64,000 nt of DNA from Clostridia bacterium. GTDB taxonomy: Bacteria; Bacillota; Clostridia; TANB77; CAG-465. Where the stretch lies: positions 130,191 through 194,190 of the forward strand of contig JAUNGP010000001.1 of NCBI GenBank assembly GCA_030524345.1. The letters are read 5' to 3'. Shown here piece after piece: positions 38,004 through 48,588 of the stretch (positions within the stretch are counted from its first letter, which is position 1; every line of letters begins with the position of its first letter). Under the pieces are notes generated by a model. It saw only the letters and a list, made by a program, of their open reading frames with translations, was not told the origin of the DNA and searched no databases. Made by a program: the position numbers and the translations under genes.

Positions 38004-38128
38004 AATGTCACCTCACCTTCATTATATTACATTTCTTTCAAAAAAAAAAAGAGTAAAAACAAAATTATTTTGTTTTCACTATTTTTATTATCAACTCTTT
38101 TTATTATCATTTTTGGGCAAAACTTTTA

Positions 38129-38773
38129 TTAAAGTAATTCCTCAAGTAGTAAATATTCCCTAAAATATTCCAAAATAGCTGCTTTCAAATGTCTATCTTC
38201 TATCTTTGGAATCATCTTAATTGCTTCTTCAAAGTGCTCAATAACATACTTTGCACCAATAACTTCATGAACATATGATAAATCCGTATCATGAATTTCT
38301 TCTATCCGCTCAATAAGACTTAATATTTCTTCAACTTTGGCAACCTCTTCATGATTTTCAATATAATTTTCAAGTTTAATACTCCGTTCAAATACCTTTA
38401 ACTGCTCCAAAATATCGCTTGACATAAATGTTTTACTATGATTTCTTAGTCTTTCTATCATATTTTCAACATCTGAAGCTAATCTTTCATCATAATTTTC
38501 TAATACTAATTTTACAGCTTCTCTAATATTTTTAAAGAAAGATTCCTCAAGATCGCATTCCTCCATTCCTTTAAAGACTCCATCTCCTTCAAAATATCTA
38601 CATAGTATTTTTCCATTAATTACATAAGCATTCGATAAATAAAAATACACTTGTTTATCGATTTCTCTTGCAGACACTATAGAATACTTTTTCTCATATT
38701 CTGTGATCTCTTTTAAAATCCGCTTAACAATTACCCTCATTTCTTCCCTTATCTTATCTTCTTCTAAGATCAT
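38129..38773 (-). CDS. hypothetical acidic helical protein
   Basis: 214-aa ORF with AAAGGAGG RBS, preceded by the repeated hairpin module. No motif recognised. Confidence 0.5.
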   Translation of the reverse strand: MILEEDKIREEMRVIVKRILKEITEYEKKYSIVSAREIDKQVYFYLSNAYVINGKILCRYFEGDGVFKGMEECDLEESFFKNIREAVKLVLENYDERLASDVENMIERLRNHSKTFMSSDILEQLKVFERSIKLENYIENHEEVAKVEEILSLIERIEEIHDTDLSYVHEVIGAKYVIEHFEEAIKMIPKIEDRHLKAAILEYFREYLLLEELL

Positions 38774-38794
38774 ATCATTTTCCTCCTTTTATTA

Positions 38795-38847
38795 TAAAAA
38801 AGACATACTGTTTTATAGTTGAAACTATTATAACACACATGTCAATT
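38795..38847 (-). repeat. terminator-promoter hairpin module, copy 1
   Basis: Minus strand TTGACATGTGTGTTATAATAGTTTCAACTATAAAACAGTATGTCTTTTTT. The arms pair, a T-run follows, and the RBS comes about 10 nt later. About 90 percent identical to copy 2. Confidence 0.7.
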
Positions 38848-39442
38848 AAATTTTAAGATCAAATACTATATGGTGAACTAATTCTATTTTCTCAGCTAAA
38901 TCATTATCTACTTCCTCATTTAAAATAACGATATCAAAATCATCCTCATCATATATAATAGATGCTTCTTCTCTAAATGTGAAGTATTCTTCAGAAATAT
39001 GATCTCTTAATAATACTCTCTTCTTTCTAATTTCTATATTTGCCTTGATTAACACTTTCAAATTACAAATGGAAAATATTTCAGGTGCTTTCGGTATCAT
39101 AGCCCAGTCAACAACTGCAATCTTTTTATTACTCTTTTCTATTATTTCAAAAAATAGTTTTTTTATAGTAGGATAAGAGATATCAATTAATTTTTCCATC
39201 TCTTCTTTACTACTAAATACTATTTTTCCTAATCCTTTTCTGTTTAAAGTTCCATCTTCATTTAATATTCCTGTTCCCCAAATTTGGATTGCTTGCTGAA
39301 TCACCGTTTTTTGTTCCATAGATTTGTGTTCAATTTCATCCATATCAATATAAATTGCATCATTTGCAAAAGAAATTGCTAAGTCTCTAGAGAACTTAGA
39401 TTTACCGCTGCCAGACTTACCACTTACTGAAATAATATACAT
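38846..39442 (-). CDS. coaE: dephospho-CoA kinase-like P-loop kinase
   Basis: P-loop SVSGKSGSGKSKF. ILNEDGTLNRKGLGKIVFSSKEEMEKL resembles the CoaE lid region. The ATG at 39442 behind AAAGGAGG is preferred to the track start at 39472. Confidence 0.55.
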   Translation of the reverse strand: MYIISVSGKSGSGKSKFSRDLAISFANDAIYIDMDEIEHKSMEQKTVIQQAIQIWGTGILNEDGTLNRKGLGKIVFSSKEEMEKLIDISYPTIKKLFFEIIEKSNKKIAVVDWAMIPKAPEIFSICNLKVLIKANIEIRKKRVLLRDHISEEYFTFREEASIIYDEDDFDIVILNEEVDNDLAEKIELVHHIVFDLKI

Positions 39443-39460
39443 TTTTCTACCTCCTTTAAT

Positions 39461-39513
39461 AAAAAAAGACATACTGTTTTATAGTTGAAACTATTATAAC
39501 ATGTATGTCAATT
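39461..39513 (-). repeat. terminator-promoter hairpin module, copy 2
   Basis: Minus strand TTGACATACATGTTATAATAGTTTCAACTATAAAACAGTATGTCTTTTTTT, lying between rsmG and the coaE-like gene. Confidence 0.7.
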
Positions 39514-39516
39514 GAT

Positions 39517-40260
39517 TTATAGCGGATTTTTTTTAATTTGACCATTATTTCTAGGATATTTATTATCTGTTTTTTTATATTTTTGTATCTCTAAAATAGT
39601 CCTTGTATATTCTTCATCATATACCTGATATCTATATACAAATGTGTGATTGATTTTACAACTTAAAATATCTAAAGCTCTTTTACTATTTTTTATTTCA
39701 GTTTCTACATTATCCCCCTTCATAATCAAACATTTTCCATTCAATTTAATATATGGTACTTCATATTCTAGTAAAACTGGAAGACTGGCTACAGCTCTTG
39801 ACACAACGATATCATATTTTTCTCTATAATCTATTTTTTTAGCACTTTCTTCAGCTCTTCCATGTACCAATGTTACATTTTCCAATTCTAACTTGTTAAT
39901 AACTTCATCTAAAAACTGAATTCTTTTATTTAATGCATCAAGCAACGTTATATTCATTTTTCCATCAAAATATATTGCAATCACAATTCCAGGAAACCCA
40001 GCGCCAGTCCCAACATCAATTACTTTATCTTCTGCACCAATATATTTTACAAGCTCTAAACAGTCTATAAAATGCTTCATAATTATTTCATATTCATCAA
40101 CAATCGCCGTAAGGTTAATTTTCTTATTCCACGTTAGTAATAAATCTTTATATAATTCAAATTTTTCAATCATTTTGGGAGTAAGTATAATATTCCTTTC
40201 TTTTGATTCTTTTTCTAATACTTTTCTAAAGTCAAATTCTTTATTCAAATTTATTTTCAT
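39517..40260 (-). CDS. rsmG: 16S rRNA (guanine527-N7)-methyltransferase
   Basis: SAM motif VIDVGTGAGFPGI; position after mnmG. Confidence 0.92.
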   Translation of the reverse strand: MKINLNKEFDFRKVLEKESKERNIILTPKMIEKFELYKDLLLTWNKKINLTAIVDEYEIIMKHFIDCLELVKYIGAEDKVIDVGTGAGFPGIVIAIYFDGKMNITLLDALNKRIQFLDEVINKLELENVTLVHGRAEESAKKIDYREKYDIVVSRAVASLPVLLEYEVPYIKLNGKCLIMKGDNVETEIKNSKRALDILSCKINHTFVYRYQVYDEEYTRTILEIQKYKKTDNKYPRNNGQIKKNPL

Positions 40261-40271
40261 ATGAAAACCCC

Positions 40272-42164
<1,893 letters not shown>

Positions 42165-42172
42165 AAACTTCC

Positions 42173-43549
42173 CTACTTTCCTACACAAAATTTTTCAAAT
42201 ATCTTATCTATAATATCTTGCGAAACATTTGATCCAATTATTTCACCCAATGTATTTGCAACTTTTTTTATATATATTGATACAATATCTATTGGTTGTC
42301 CATTATTAATTTCATTTCTTGCTTCCTCAAGATAATTTAAAGCTTTTTTTAGTAAATCTTTATGTCTTGAATTTGTGATAATAAGTTCATGTTCAAAATC
42401 AAAATCATTTTGATGAAATATCTTTACAATAGCATTTTTTAATTTATCTATTCCCCTATCTTCTTGAATTGATATTTCTATTGTTTCTTCCACTCCAATT
42501 TGTTTTAATTCATTCAAAATGGCGTCAAAATTTGATTTTTTTATTTTATCCATCTTATTTATCACTGTAATGTATTTTATTCCCTTATTTTGAATTTTAG
42601 AAAGGATTTCTATGTCATCTTTATCTATCTTCTCTTCAGCATTAAGCATATAAATTACAAAATCAACTTCATCCAACATACTTAAGCTTTTTTCAACACC
42701 TATTTTCTCTATGATATCGTTTGTATCCCTAATTCCAGCAGTATCAGAAATATTAAAAACAATATCATCAATATTGATTGTTTCCTCAACAATATCCCTA
42801 GTAGTTCCTGGGATATCAGTAACAATAGCCTTATTATAATTTGCAAGTTTATTTAAAAGAGAAGATTTGCCAACATTCGGCTTACCAAGAATCGCCACAT
42901 TTACTCCTTCTTTTATAATTCTTCCATGCTCATAAGTTTTTAAAATATCATTTATTTCATCACGTTTCTTATCAATTAAATGAATAACATTACGATTCTT
43001 TACTTCATCATAATCATATTCAGGATAATCAACACTAACTTCGATATGTGCTAACAGTTCAATTAATTCCTCTCTTAGTTCTCTCACTTTTTTAGATAAA
43101 TTTCCTTCCATATTTTTAGATGCAATTCTAGACTCTGTTTTCGTCTTAGCATTAATCAAATTAATGACAGCTTCTGCCTGAGAAAGGTCCATTTTTCCAT
43201 TTAAAAATGCTCTTTTAGAAAACTCACCTGGCTCAGCTAAAATGGCTCCAGATTCTAATACTAATTCTAATATTTCTTTTGTTATCTCATTACCGCCATG
43301 ACAATTTATTTCGCAAACATCTTCACCAGTATAAGATTTAGGTGATTTAAAATATGATACAAGAACGTGATCTAATACTTCATGATCTTTCATTATTTTT
43401 CCATAAACAATATGATTTGGTTCAATCTTGTATGAAGTTTTAAATATTTTATTTATTATATTTAAGCTATCTTTACCACTAATTCTTATAATACTAATAC
43501 CACTATTTGAAAGTGCAGTAGCAATAGCAGCAATCGTATGTGTTAACAT
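42173..43549 (-). CDS. mnmE: tRNA modification GTPase MnmE (TrmE)
   Basis: G-domain [18 protein letters not shown]; C-terminal CVGK. Confidence 0.95.
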   Translation of the reverse strand: MLTHTIAAIATALSNSGISIIRISGKDSLNIINKIFKTSYKIEPNHIVYGKIMKDHEVLDHVLVSYFKSPKSYTGEDVCEINCHGGNEITKEILELVLESGAILAEPGEFSKRAFLNGKMDLSQAEAVINLINAKTKTESRIASKNMEGNLSKKVRELREELIELLAHIEVSVDYPEYDYDEVKNRNVIHLIDKKRDEINDILKTYEHGRIIKEGVNVAILGKPNVGKSSLLNKLANYNKAIVTDIPGTTRDIVEETINIDDIVFNISDTAGIRDTNDIIEKIGVEKSLSMLDEVDFVIYMLNAEEKIDKDDIEILSKIQNKGIKYITVINKMDKIKKSNFDAILNELKQIGVEETIEISIQEDRGIDKLKNAIVKIFHQNDFDFEHELIITNSRHKDLLKKALNYLEEARNEINNGQPIDIVSIYIKKVANTLGEIIGSNVSQDIIDKIFEKFCVGK

Positions 43550-43605
43550 AACAATTCTTCCTTTCTATACAAAAGTCAGCAAATTAATATGCTGACTTTC
43601 ACTAT

Positions 43606-44259
43606 TTATGAATATTTCTTTTTAATAACAACTCTTCTTCTTGGTTCTTCTCCAATGCTTTCTGTTTCAACATCCTTTCTATTTGCAAGCTCAGTATGAA
43701 TGATAAGTCTTTCATAAGCAGACATTGGTTCAAGTTTTATTGGTCTTCTAAATCTTATCACATTATCTGCCATCTTATTTGCAAGTCTTTTTAATTTTTC
43801 TTCTTTCTTTTTCTTATAATCATTAATTTCAACAAAAACTTTTGCATATTCTTCGTCTTCTCTTTGTAGCATTGAATTTAGTAAAGATTGAAAAGATTCA
43901 ATTGTTTTTCCTTTATAACCAATTAAATGAGCAACATTATCACCATTTATTGTAAGTAATAACTGATTATTTCTTTTCTCTATAGTATATTCAAAGTCTT
44001 CCTTAGTTATTTTAAACATATTACTTAAAATTTCTTCTAATTTTGCTTTTGTTGCGTTTGCTTGCTCATCACTTATTTTTTTATCAACCGTAAGTCTTAC
44101 TCTAGCCATCTTAGCTGAAAGAATTCCTAAAACTCCACCAGATGATGGTTCTTCTAGAACTTCTATTTTAACATCATCTCTAGAAACTTTTAATTCTTCT
44201 AGCCCTTTTCTGATAGCCTCTTCTACTGTCTTTCCTATCTGTTCAGTTACTTTTTTCAT
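43606..44259 (-). CDS. jag: Jag/KhpB RNA-binding protein (KH plus R3H domains)
   Basis: Jag_N, then KH and R3H (SAYERLIIHTEL) regions. Directly downstream of yidC. Confidence 0.88.
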   Translation of the reverse strand: MKKVTEQIGKTVEEAIRKGLEELKVSRDDVKIEVLEEPSSGGVLGILSAKMARVRLTVDKKISDEQANATKAKLEEILSNMFKITKEDFEYTIEKRNNQLLLTINGDNVAHLIGYKGKTIESFQSLLNSMLQREDEEYAKVFVEINDYKKKKEEKLKRLANKMADNVIRFRRPIKLEPMSAYERLIIHTELANRKDVETESIGEEPRRRVVIKKKYS

Positions 44260-45108
44260 TTACTTTCCTCCTTTACCAAGCTTTAATACTTCTTCTTTCT
44301 TATTATTTCCTTTTTTCAATATTACCTTATTTATAAATTCTTGTTGAATAACACCTAAAATATTACTAAACAAATAATATATACCAAGTGTTATTGGCCA
44401 AGTATAAGCAATGAAAGCATTCAATAAGGGTAACATTATATTCATTGATTTTTGCATTTCTTGTTGATCTTCTGTCATCTGTGTTGAATTTTTTTGCAAT
44501 TTAGTTTGTAATAAAGAAAATAGGAATGAAAGAATTGGTACAAGTAAAGTTAATTTACTAACCTTTTTTGCTTCATCCTTACTAAATGAATTTGAAGGAA
44601 TGTCTCCTAAATTAACATTACCAAATAATTTCATATTAATAATGCCTTGTTCTTGTGCAATTACTATTTCATTTGCTTTGACTTCATTTTCATCTACTTC
44701 TTCTTTACCTAAGTAGTCTTTTGTATATTGTACAATTTCTTCATGTGGTGTTTGAGTAATATATGTAAGAGGCTGTCTTACAATAAAAAACATCGCAATG
44801 ATAATTGGAAATTGTATCAATAATGGTAAACATCCACCTAGAGGATTTATTTTATATTCACTATATAATTTTGTAAGCTCTTCTGCCATTTTTTGTTGAT
44901 CATTTTTATATTTTTCTCTTATTTTTTGATCAAGTGGAGTTACCTCTTGTAATTTCTTTGTCAATTTAATTTGTCCTAGTGTAAGCGGTAATAATATAAG
45001 CTTAGTAAGTAATGTAAATATTAAAATAGATAGTAAATAATTTTGATTTACTAAATTATATATTACTCTAATTATCATACCTAGAAAGCTAGCAATAGCT
45101 TGTATCAT
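44260..45108 (-). CDS. yidC: membrane protein insertase YidC/SpoIIIJ
   Basis: 60-kDa-IMP family motifs (NPLGGCLPLLIQFPI), five TM helices, basic C-terminus. Confidence 0.9.
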   Translation of the reverse strand: MIQAIASFLGMIIRVIYNLVNQNYLLSILIFTLLTKLILLPLTLGQIKLTKKLQEVTPLDQKIREKYKNDQQKMAEELTKLYSEYKINPLGGCLPLLIQFPIIIAMFFIVRQPLTYITQTPHEEIVQYTKDYLGKEEVDENEVKANEIVIAQEQGIINMKLFGNVNLGDIPSNSFSKDEAKKVSKLTLLVPILSFLFSLLQTKLQKNSTQMTEDQQEMQKSMNIMLPLLNAFIAYTWPITLGIYYLFSNILGVIQQEFINKVILKKGNNKKEEVLKLGKGGK

Positions 45109-45121
45109 CTATATCCTCCAA

Positions 45122-45376
45122 TCATTTTAAGTAGTCCACTCCACCTTTAGAGAATGGATTACATTTTAGTATTCTTTTAATACCCAAAATATTCCCTTTT
45201 ATTATACCATATTTGTCAACTGCTTGCCTTGTGTATTCAGAACATGTTGGATAAAATATACATCTATGTTCTCCAAACATTGGTGAAATAAGCTTTTGAT
45301 ATAATCTGATTAATAAAATTTCAATATTTTTGGGTATATTAATTATAAATTTAACAATGCCTTTTAATTTATTCAT
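45122..45376 (-). CDS. yidD: membrane protein insertion efficiency factor YidD
   Basis: CIFYPTCSEY motif; 84 aa. Confidence 0.9.
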   Translation of the reverse strand: MNKLKGIVKFIINIPKNIEILLIRLYQKLISPMFGEHRCIFYPTCSEYTRQAVDKYGIIKGNILGIKRILKCNPFSKGGVDYLK

Positions 45377-45716
45377 ATAATTTTAATTCCTTAAAACAAT
45401 TGATAATATCATTTTCAACTAAACTATAATTAATATTATCAAAAACTACACTTTTCTTATAAACAACAATAATATTATAGTTCTTTTTCAGCTGATTTTC
45501 TTGCAATTTATATACTTCTCTTGCCCATCTTTTCATTTTATTTCTATGAACACTTTTTCCATTTTTTTTAGAAACACAAACTGCAAAAAAGTTTCTCATA
45601 TTTTCATTTTTTGTTTTACAAATATGTACCACTAGTACATCACCTTTAGAATACTCTCCTTTTTTAAATACATATTTAAACACATAATTTTTTTTTATTC
45701 GTAAAGTAAATTTCAT
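45369..45716 (-). CDS. rnpA: ribonuclease P protein component
   Basis: Basic protein with the RNR-like motif KKNGKSVHRNKMKRWARE. The ATG at 45716 is preferred to the track start at 45767. Confidence 0.88.
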   Translation of the reverse strand: MKFTLRIKKNYVFKYVFKKGEYSKGDVLVVHICKTKNENMRNFFAVCVSKKNGKSVHRNKMKRWAREVYKLQENQLKKNYNIIVVYKKSVVFDNINYSLVENDIINCFKELKLYE

Positions 45717-45785
45717 ATCTTTTTTCCTCAATTTAAACATAAAAGTGGATATGACAAACATACCCACTCCTTTTTCAAGTAGTAA

Positions 45786-45920
45786 TTAAGCACATAGTAC
45801 TTTTCTTCCTTTTAATCTTCTGCTCTTTAATACTTTTCTTCCAGATGCAGTTTGCATTCTTTTTCTAAATCCATGAACTTTTTGTCTTTGTCTTGTTTTT
45901 GGTTGATATGTTCTTTTCAT
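45786..45920 (-). CDS. rpmH: 50S ribosomal protein L34 (44 aa), below ORF-track cutoff
   Basis: Translation [44 protein letters not shown]; position upstream of rnpA. Confidence 0.95.
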   Translation of the reverse strand: MKRTYQPKTRQRQKVHGFRKRMQTASGRKVLKSRRLKGRKVLCA

Positions 45921-46115
45921 TGCTACACCCCCTAAATAATCGTATATTTATATAAACTAAATCACTAAATGTAAAATATTATGTATATTTTATAACATTT
46001 ATTCTTTATAATCCAAAGTGTATTCATTATATAATATTTTTTTGTGTTTGTCAAATAATTTTACTAGATTTAAAAAAAATGTTGAAATTGAAACTTGTCT
46101 TCCCTGATATTTTTT

Positions 46116-46353
46116 AAAAGTTATCCACAGGTAGGTGTGGATAACTTTTTTATGTAATTTCATTTTGCGCATAAAAATTTTATTTGATAAAAAATAGCTG
46201 AAGTATTGTATTTTTCAGCATTTTATGATATATTAGAAGTGGAAAAATTTTCACATGTTTCACAACAATCCACAGAATTTATGTAAAATTTATTCTTCAG
46301 TTATACTAATTTATGAAAAAGTTATCCACACCTGTGGATAACTCTGTGGATAA
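46116..46353. other. oriC part 1: DnaA-box cluster upstream of dnaA
   Basis: Perfect TTATCCACA at 46121 and 46322. Perfect TGTGGATAA at 46136, 46333 and 46345. One degenerate box near 46266. Confidence 0.85.
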
Positions 46354-46392
46354 CTTTTTAAAACATGTGTTTACGAAGGGTGGTTTTTAATA

Positions 46393-47778
46393 GTGGAAAA
46401 CTTTATGGAAATATGGTCTCAAGCCTTGGAAATACTACAAGATGAGATATCTCCAGTTGGATACAAAACTTATGTTGATGTCATGATTCCAAGACTCGTA
46501 GATGAAAATACTTTATGCTTTTTATCGCCTTCAAATTATCATATTGATATTTGTAAAAAAAGATATTTAGATCTAATACAAAATACATTAACATTTTTAA
46601 CAAAGAAATCATATAATATAATTTTTGAAGCAAAGGAAATTATACCAGAAACATCTCAAAATGATGTAGAAACAGTAGAAGTAAAAGAAAACCTATATCA
46701 GGAAGACAAGCCAACGCCAATCATTAATACAAGTAATGATAATTTATCTGAAGTAGAGGGATTAAATCCTAAATATACATTTGAAAATTTTATAGTAGGT
46801 TCAAATAATAGATTCGCACATGCAGCTTCTGTTGCAGTTTATGAAAATCCTGGAAAAAAATATAATCCGTTATTTATTTATGGGGGAGTAGGACTTGGTA
46901 AAACTCACTTGATGCAAGCAATTGGTAATGCTATGTATAAAGCAAATCCAAATATTAGAATACTTTATTGTACTGGAGAATTGTTTGCAAATGAGCTAGT
47001 TTCTGCAATAATGACTGATAAAAATGAATCTTTTAGAAAAAAGTACAGAAATATAGATTTATTACTAATAGATGATATACAATTTTTAGCTGGAAAAGAA
47101 AAATGTCAAGAAGAGTTTTTCCACACTTTTAATACTTTATTTGAAAGTGGTAAGCAAATAGTACTTACATCCGAAAAACCTCCTAAAGAAATAGCTCTAT
47201 TAGAAGATAGATTAAAAACTAGATTTGAAATGGGACTGTCTGTTGATATTCAAACACCAGACTATGAAACACGTTTAGCAATTTTAAGACGAAAAGCGGA
47301 AAAGGAAAGATATGTAATAAATGATGATATATTAGTCAAAATTGCAACAAGAGTAAAATCTAACATTAGAGAGCTAGAAGGTGTTTTTAATAAACTCGTT
47401 GCATATACCTCATTTACAAATAACGAACTTACTGATGCAGTAGTTGAAAATACTATAGAATCAATACTTGTAAAGAATACTAAAGTTTTAACAAGTAAAT
47501 TAATAATGCAAGTAGTTTGTAAATTCTTTAATATAAAAGTTAGTGACATAGTAAGTGATAAAAGATCTAATAGTGTAGCTTTTCCAAGACAAATTGCAAT
47601 GTATTTATGTAGGGAAGTAGCAAACCTATCTTTTCCGGCAATAGGAAGAGATTTTGGAGGAAGGGATCATTCAACCGTATTACATGCTTATTCTAAAATT
47701 AAAGATGAATATGATAAGAATACGGAAACACACGATTTAATAGAAGATATTAAAAAAGAATTATCAATAGAAGACTAA
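46393..47778 (+). CDS. dnaA: chromosomal replication initiator protein DnaA
   Basis: AAA+ Walker A GGVGLGKTHL, LLIDDIQF, and the C-terminal DnaA signature (DHSTVLHA). GTG start at 46393, or possibly the ATG at 46405. Confidence 0.97.
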   Translation: MENFMEIWSQALEILQDEISPVGYKTYVDVMIPRLVDENTLCFLSPSNYHIDICKKRYLDLIQNTLTFLTKKSYNIIFEAKEIIPETSQNDVETVEVKENLYQEDKPTPIINTSNDNLSEVEGLNPKYTFENFIVGSNNRFAHAASVAVYENPGKKYNPLFIYGGVGLGKTHLMQAIGNAMYKANPNIRILYCTGELFANELVSAIMTDKNESFRKKYRNIDLLLIDDIQFLAGKEKCQEEFFHTFNTLFESGKQIVLTSEKPPKEIALLEDRLKTRFEMGLSVDIQTPDYETRLAILRRKAEKERYVINDDILVKIATRVKSNIRELEGVFNKLVAYTSFTNNELTDAVVENTIESILVKNTKVLTSKLIMQVVCKFFNIKVSDIVSDKRSNSVAFPRQIAMYLCREVANLSFPAIGRDFGGRDHSTVLHAYSKIKDEYDKNTETHDLIEDIKKELSIED

Positions 47779-47832
47779 TGTTTTATTTTCTGTGAAAAGT
47801 TATTGAAAAAAAAACGGGAAAGTGGCTAAAAT

Positions 47833-47864
47833 AGTGAATTACAAATAATTATTTCACTTTTTTT
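47833..47864 (+). terminator. rho-independent terminator after dnaA
   Basis: AGTGAA-loop-TTCACT followed by T7. Confidence 0.6.
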
Positions 47865-47898
47865 ACAATAATATTTCAAAAGCATTACGTTTAAAAAG

Positions 47899-48292
47899 TT
47901 ATCCACAGTTACCTGTGGATAACCCTGTGGATAACATGTGGATAACTTTGTGGATAAAAAGTTATCCACAGTTTTTTTTTTGCCTGTGGATAACTGGCAA
48001 AGTTATCCACAGACTTATCCACAGGGGTTTTTATAGTAATATCAAGGGTTTTGGATAGTTATCCACAGTTTCCACAGCCCCTACTACTACTACTAAATTA
48101 TATATATATAATATATAATAACATATATGCTAATATACGCGTGCGCGCGCGTAATACAAAAATTTTTTTACTAAAACTGTGGATAACTTTTTTTGAAAAA
48201 AAATAAAATATTAGTATTTTAATAAAAAAATGTTATATTATTTACAATAAAAAACAGAAGGAGTTATCCACATGGGGTGTGGATAACTCCTT
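47899..48292. other. oriC part 2: DnaA-box cluster between dnaA and dnaN
   Basis: Thirteen perfect 9-mers. TTATCCACA at 47899, 47962, 48003, 48015, 48059 and 48264. TGTGGATAA at 47914, 47926, 47937, 47949, 47985, 48178 and 48278. Confidence 0.9.
48059..48136 (+). other. oriC core unwinding module: DnaA box pair, GC cluster, DnaA-trios, AT-rich tract
   Basis: TTATCCACA (48059-48067), TTTCCACA (48069-48076), GCCCC (48077-48081), then CTA repeated five times (48081-48095; complementary strand 3'-GAT-5'). A TA-alternating tract follows to about 48136. Confidence 0.75.
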
Positions 48293-48588
48293 CTTATATT
48301 TTTACAAAAAGTTGATATATTAAATTTTTAATCAATTTTTATTTACCATAAAAAAATAAATATCAATAAAATATAGAAAAACTTGTGAAAATTTAATTCT
48401 TTTTTTACTTGATTTTATAAATTATTTTTATTATAATAAAATCAGCTTTAAAAATTGTTGTAAGTTGTAAAATATAAAAAAATAAAATTATTATATATAT
48501 AAATATACAATAATAAGGAAATTATAAAATATTTTATATTAATTTGTTAATTTTATTTTTTATATTTAACTTAGATGGAGGAAATAAA

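Noticed and set aside
38819-38845. TTGACA plus TATAAT in the repeated module read as an ordinary sigma-A promoter
   Set aside because: The two hexamers are only 7 nt apart (17 plus or minus 1 is needed). Only the extended -10 (TGTTATAAT) is plausible as a promoter element, so the TTGACA is more likely hairpin arm or operator sequence.
48290-48540. The 250-nt extremely AT-rich stretch before dnaN as the primary DNA unwinding element
   Set aside because: It lies outside the box-GC-trio arrangement. The trio-adjacent AT tract at 48097-48136 fits the established core-origin layout better. The longer AT stretch probably holds the dnaN promoter, although a role in unwinding cannot be excluded.
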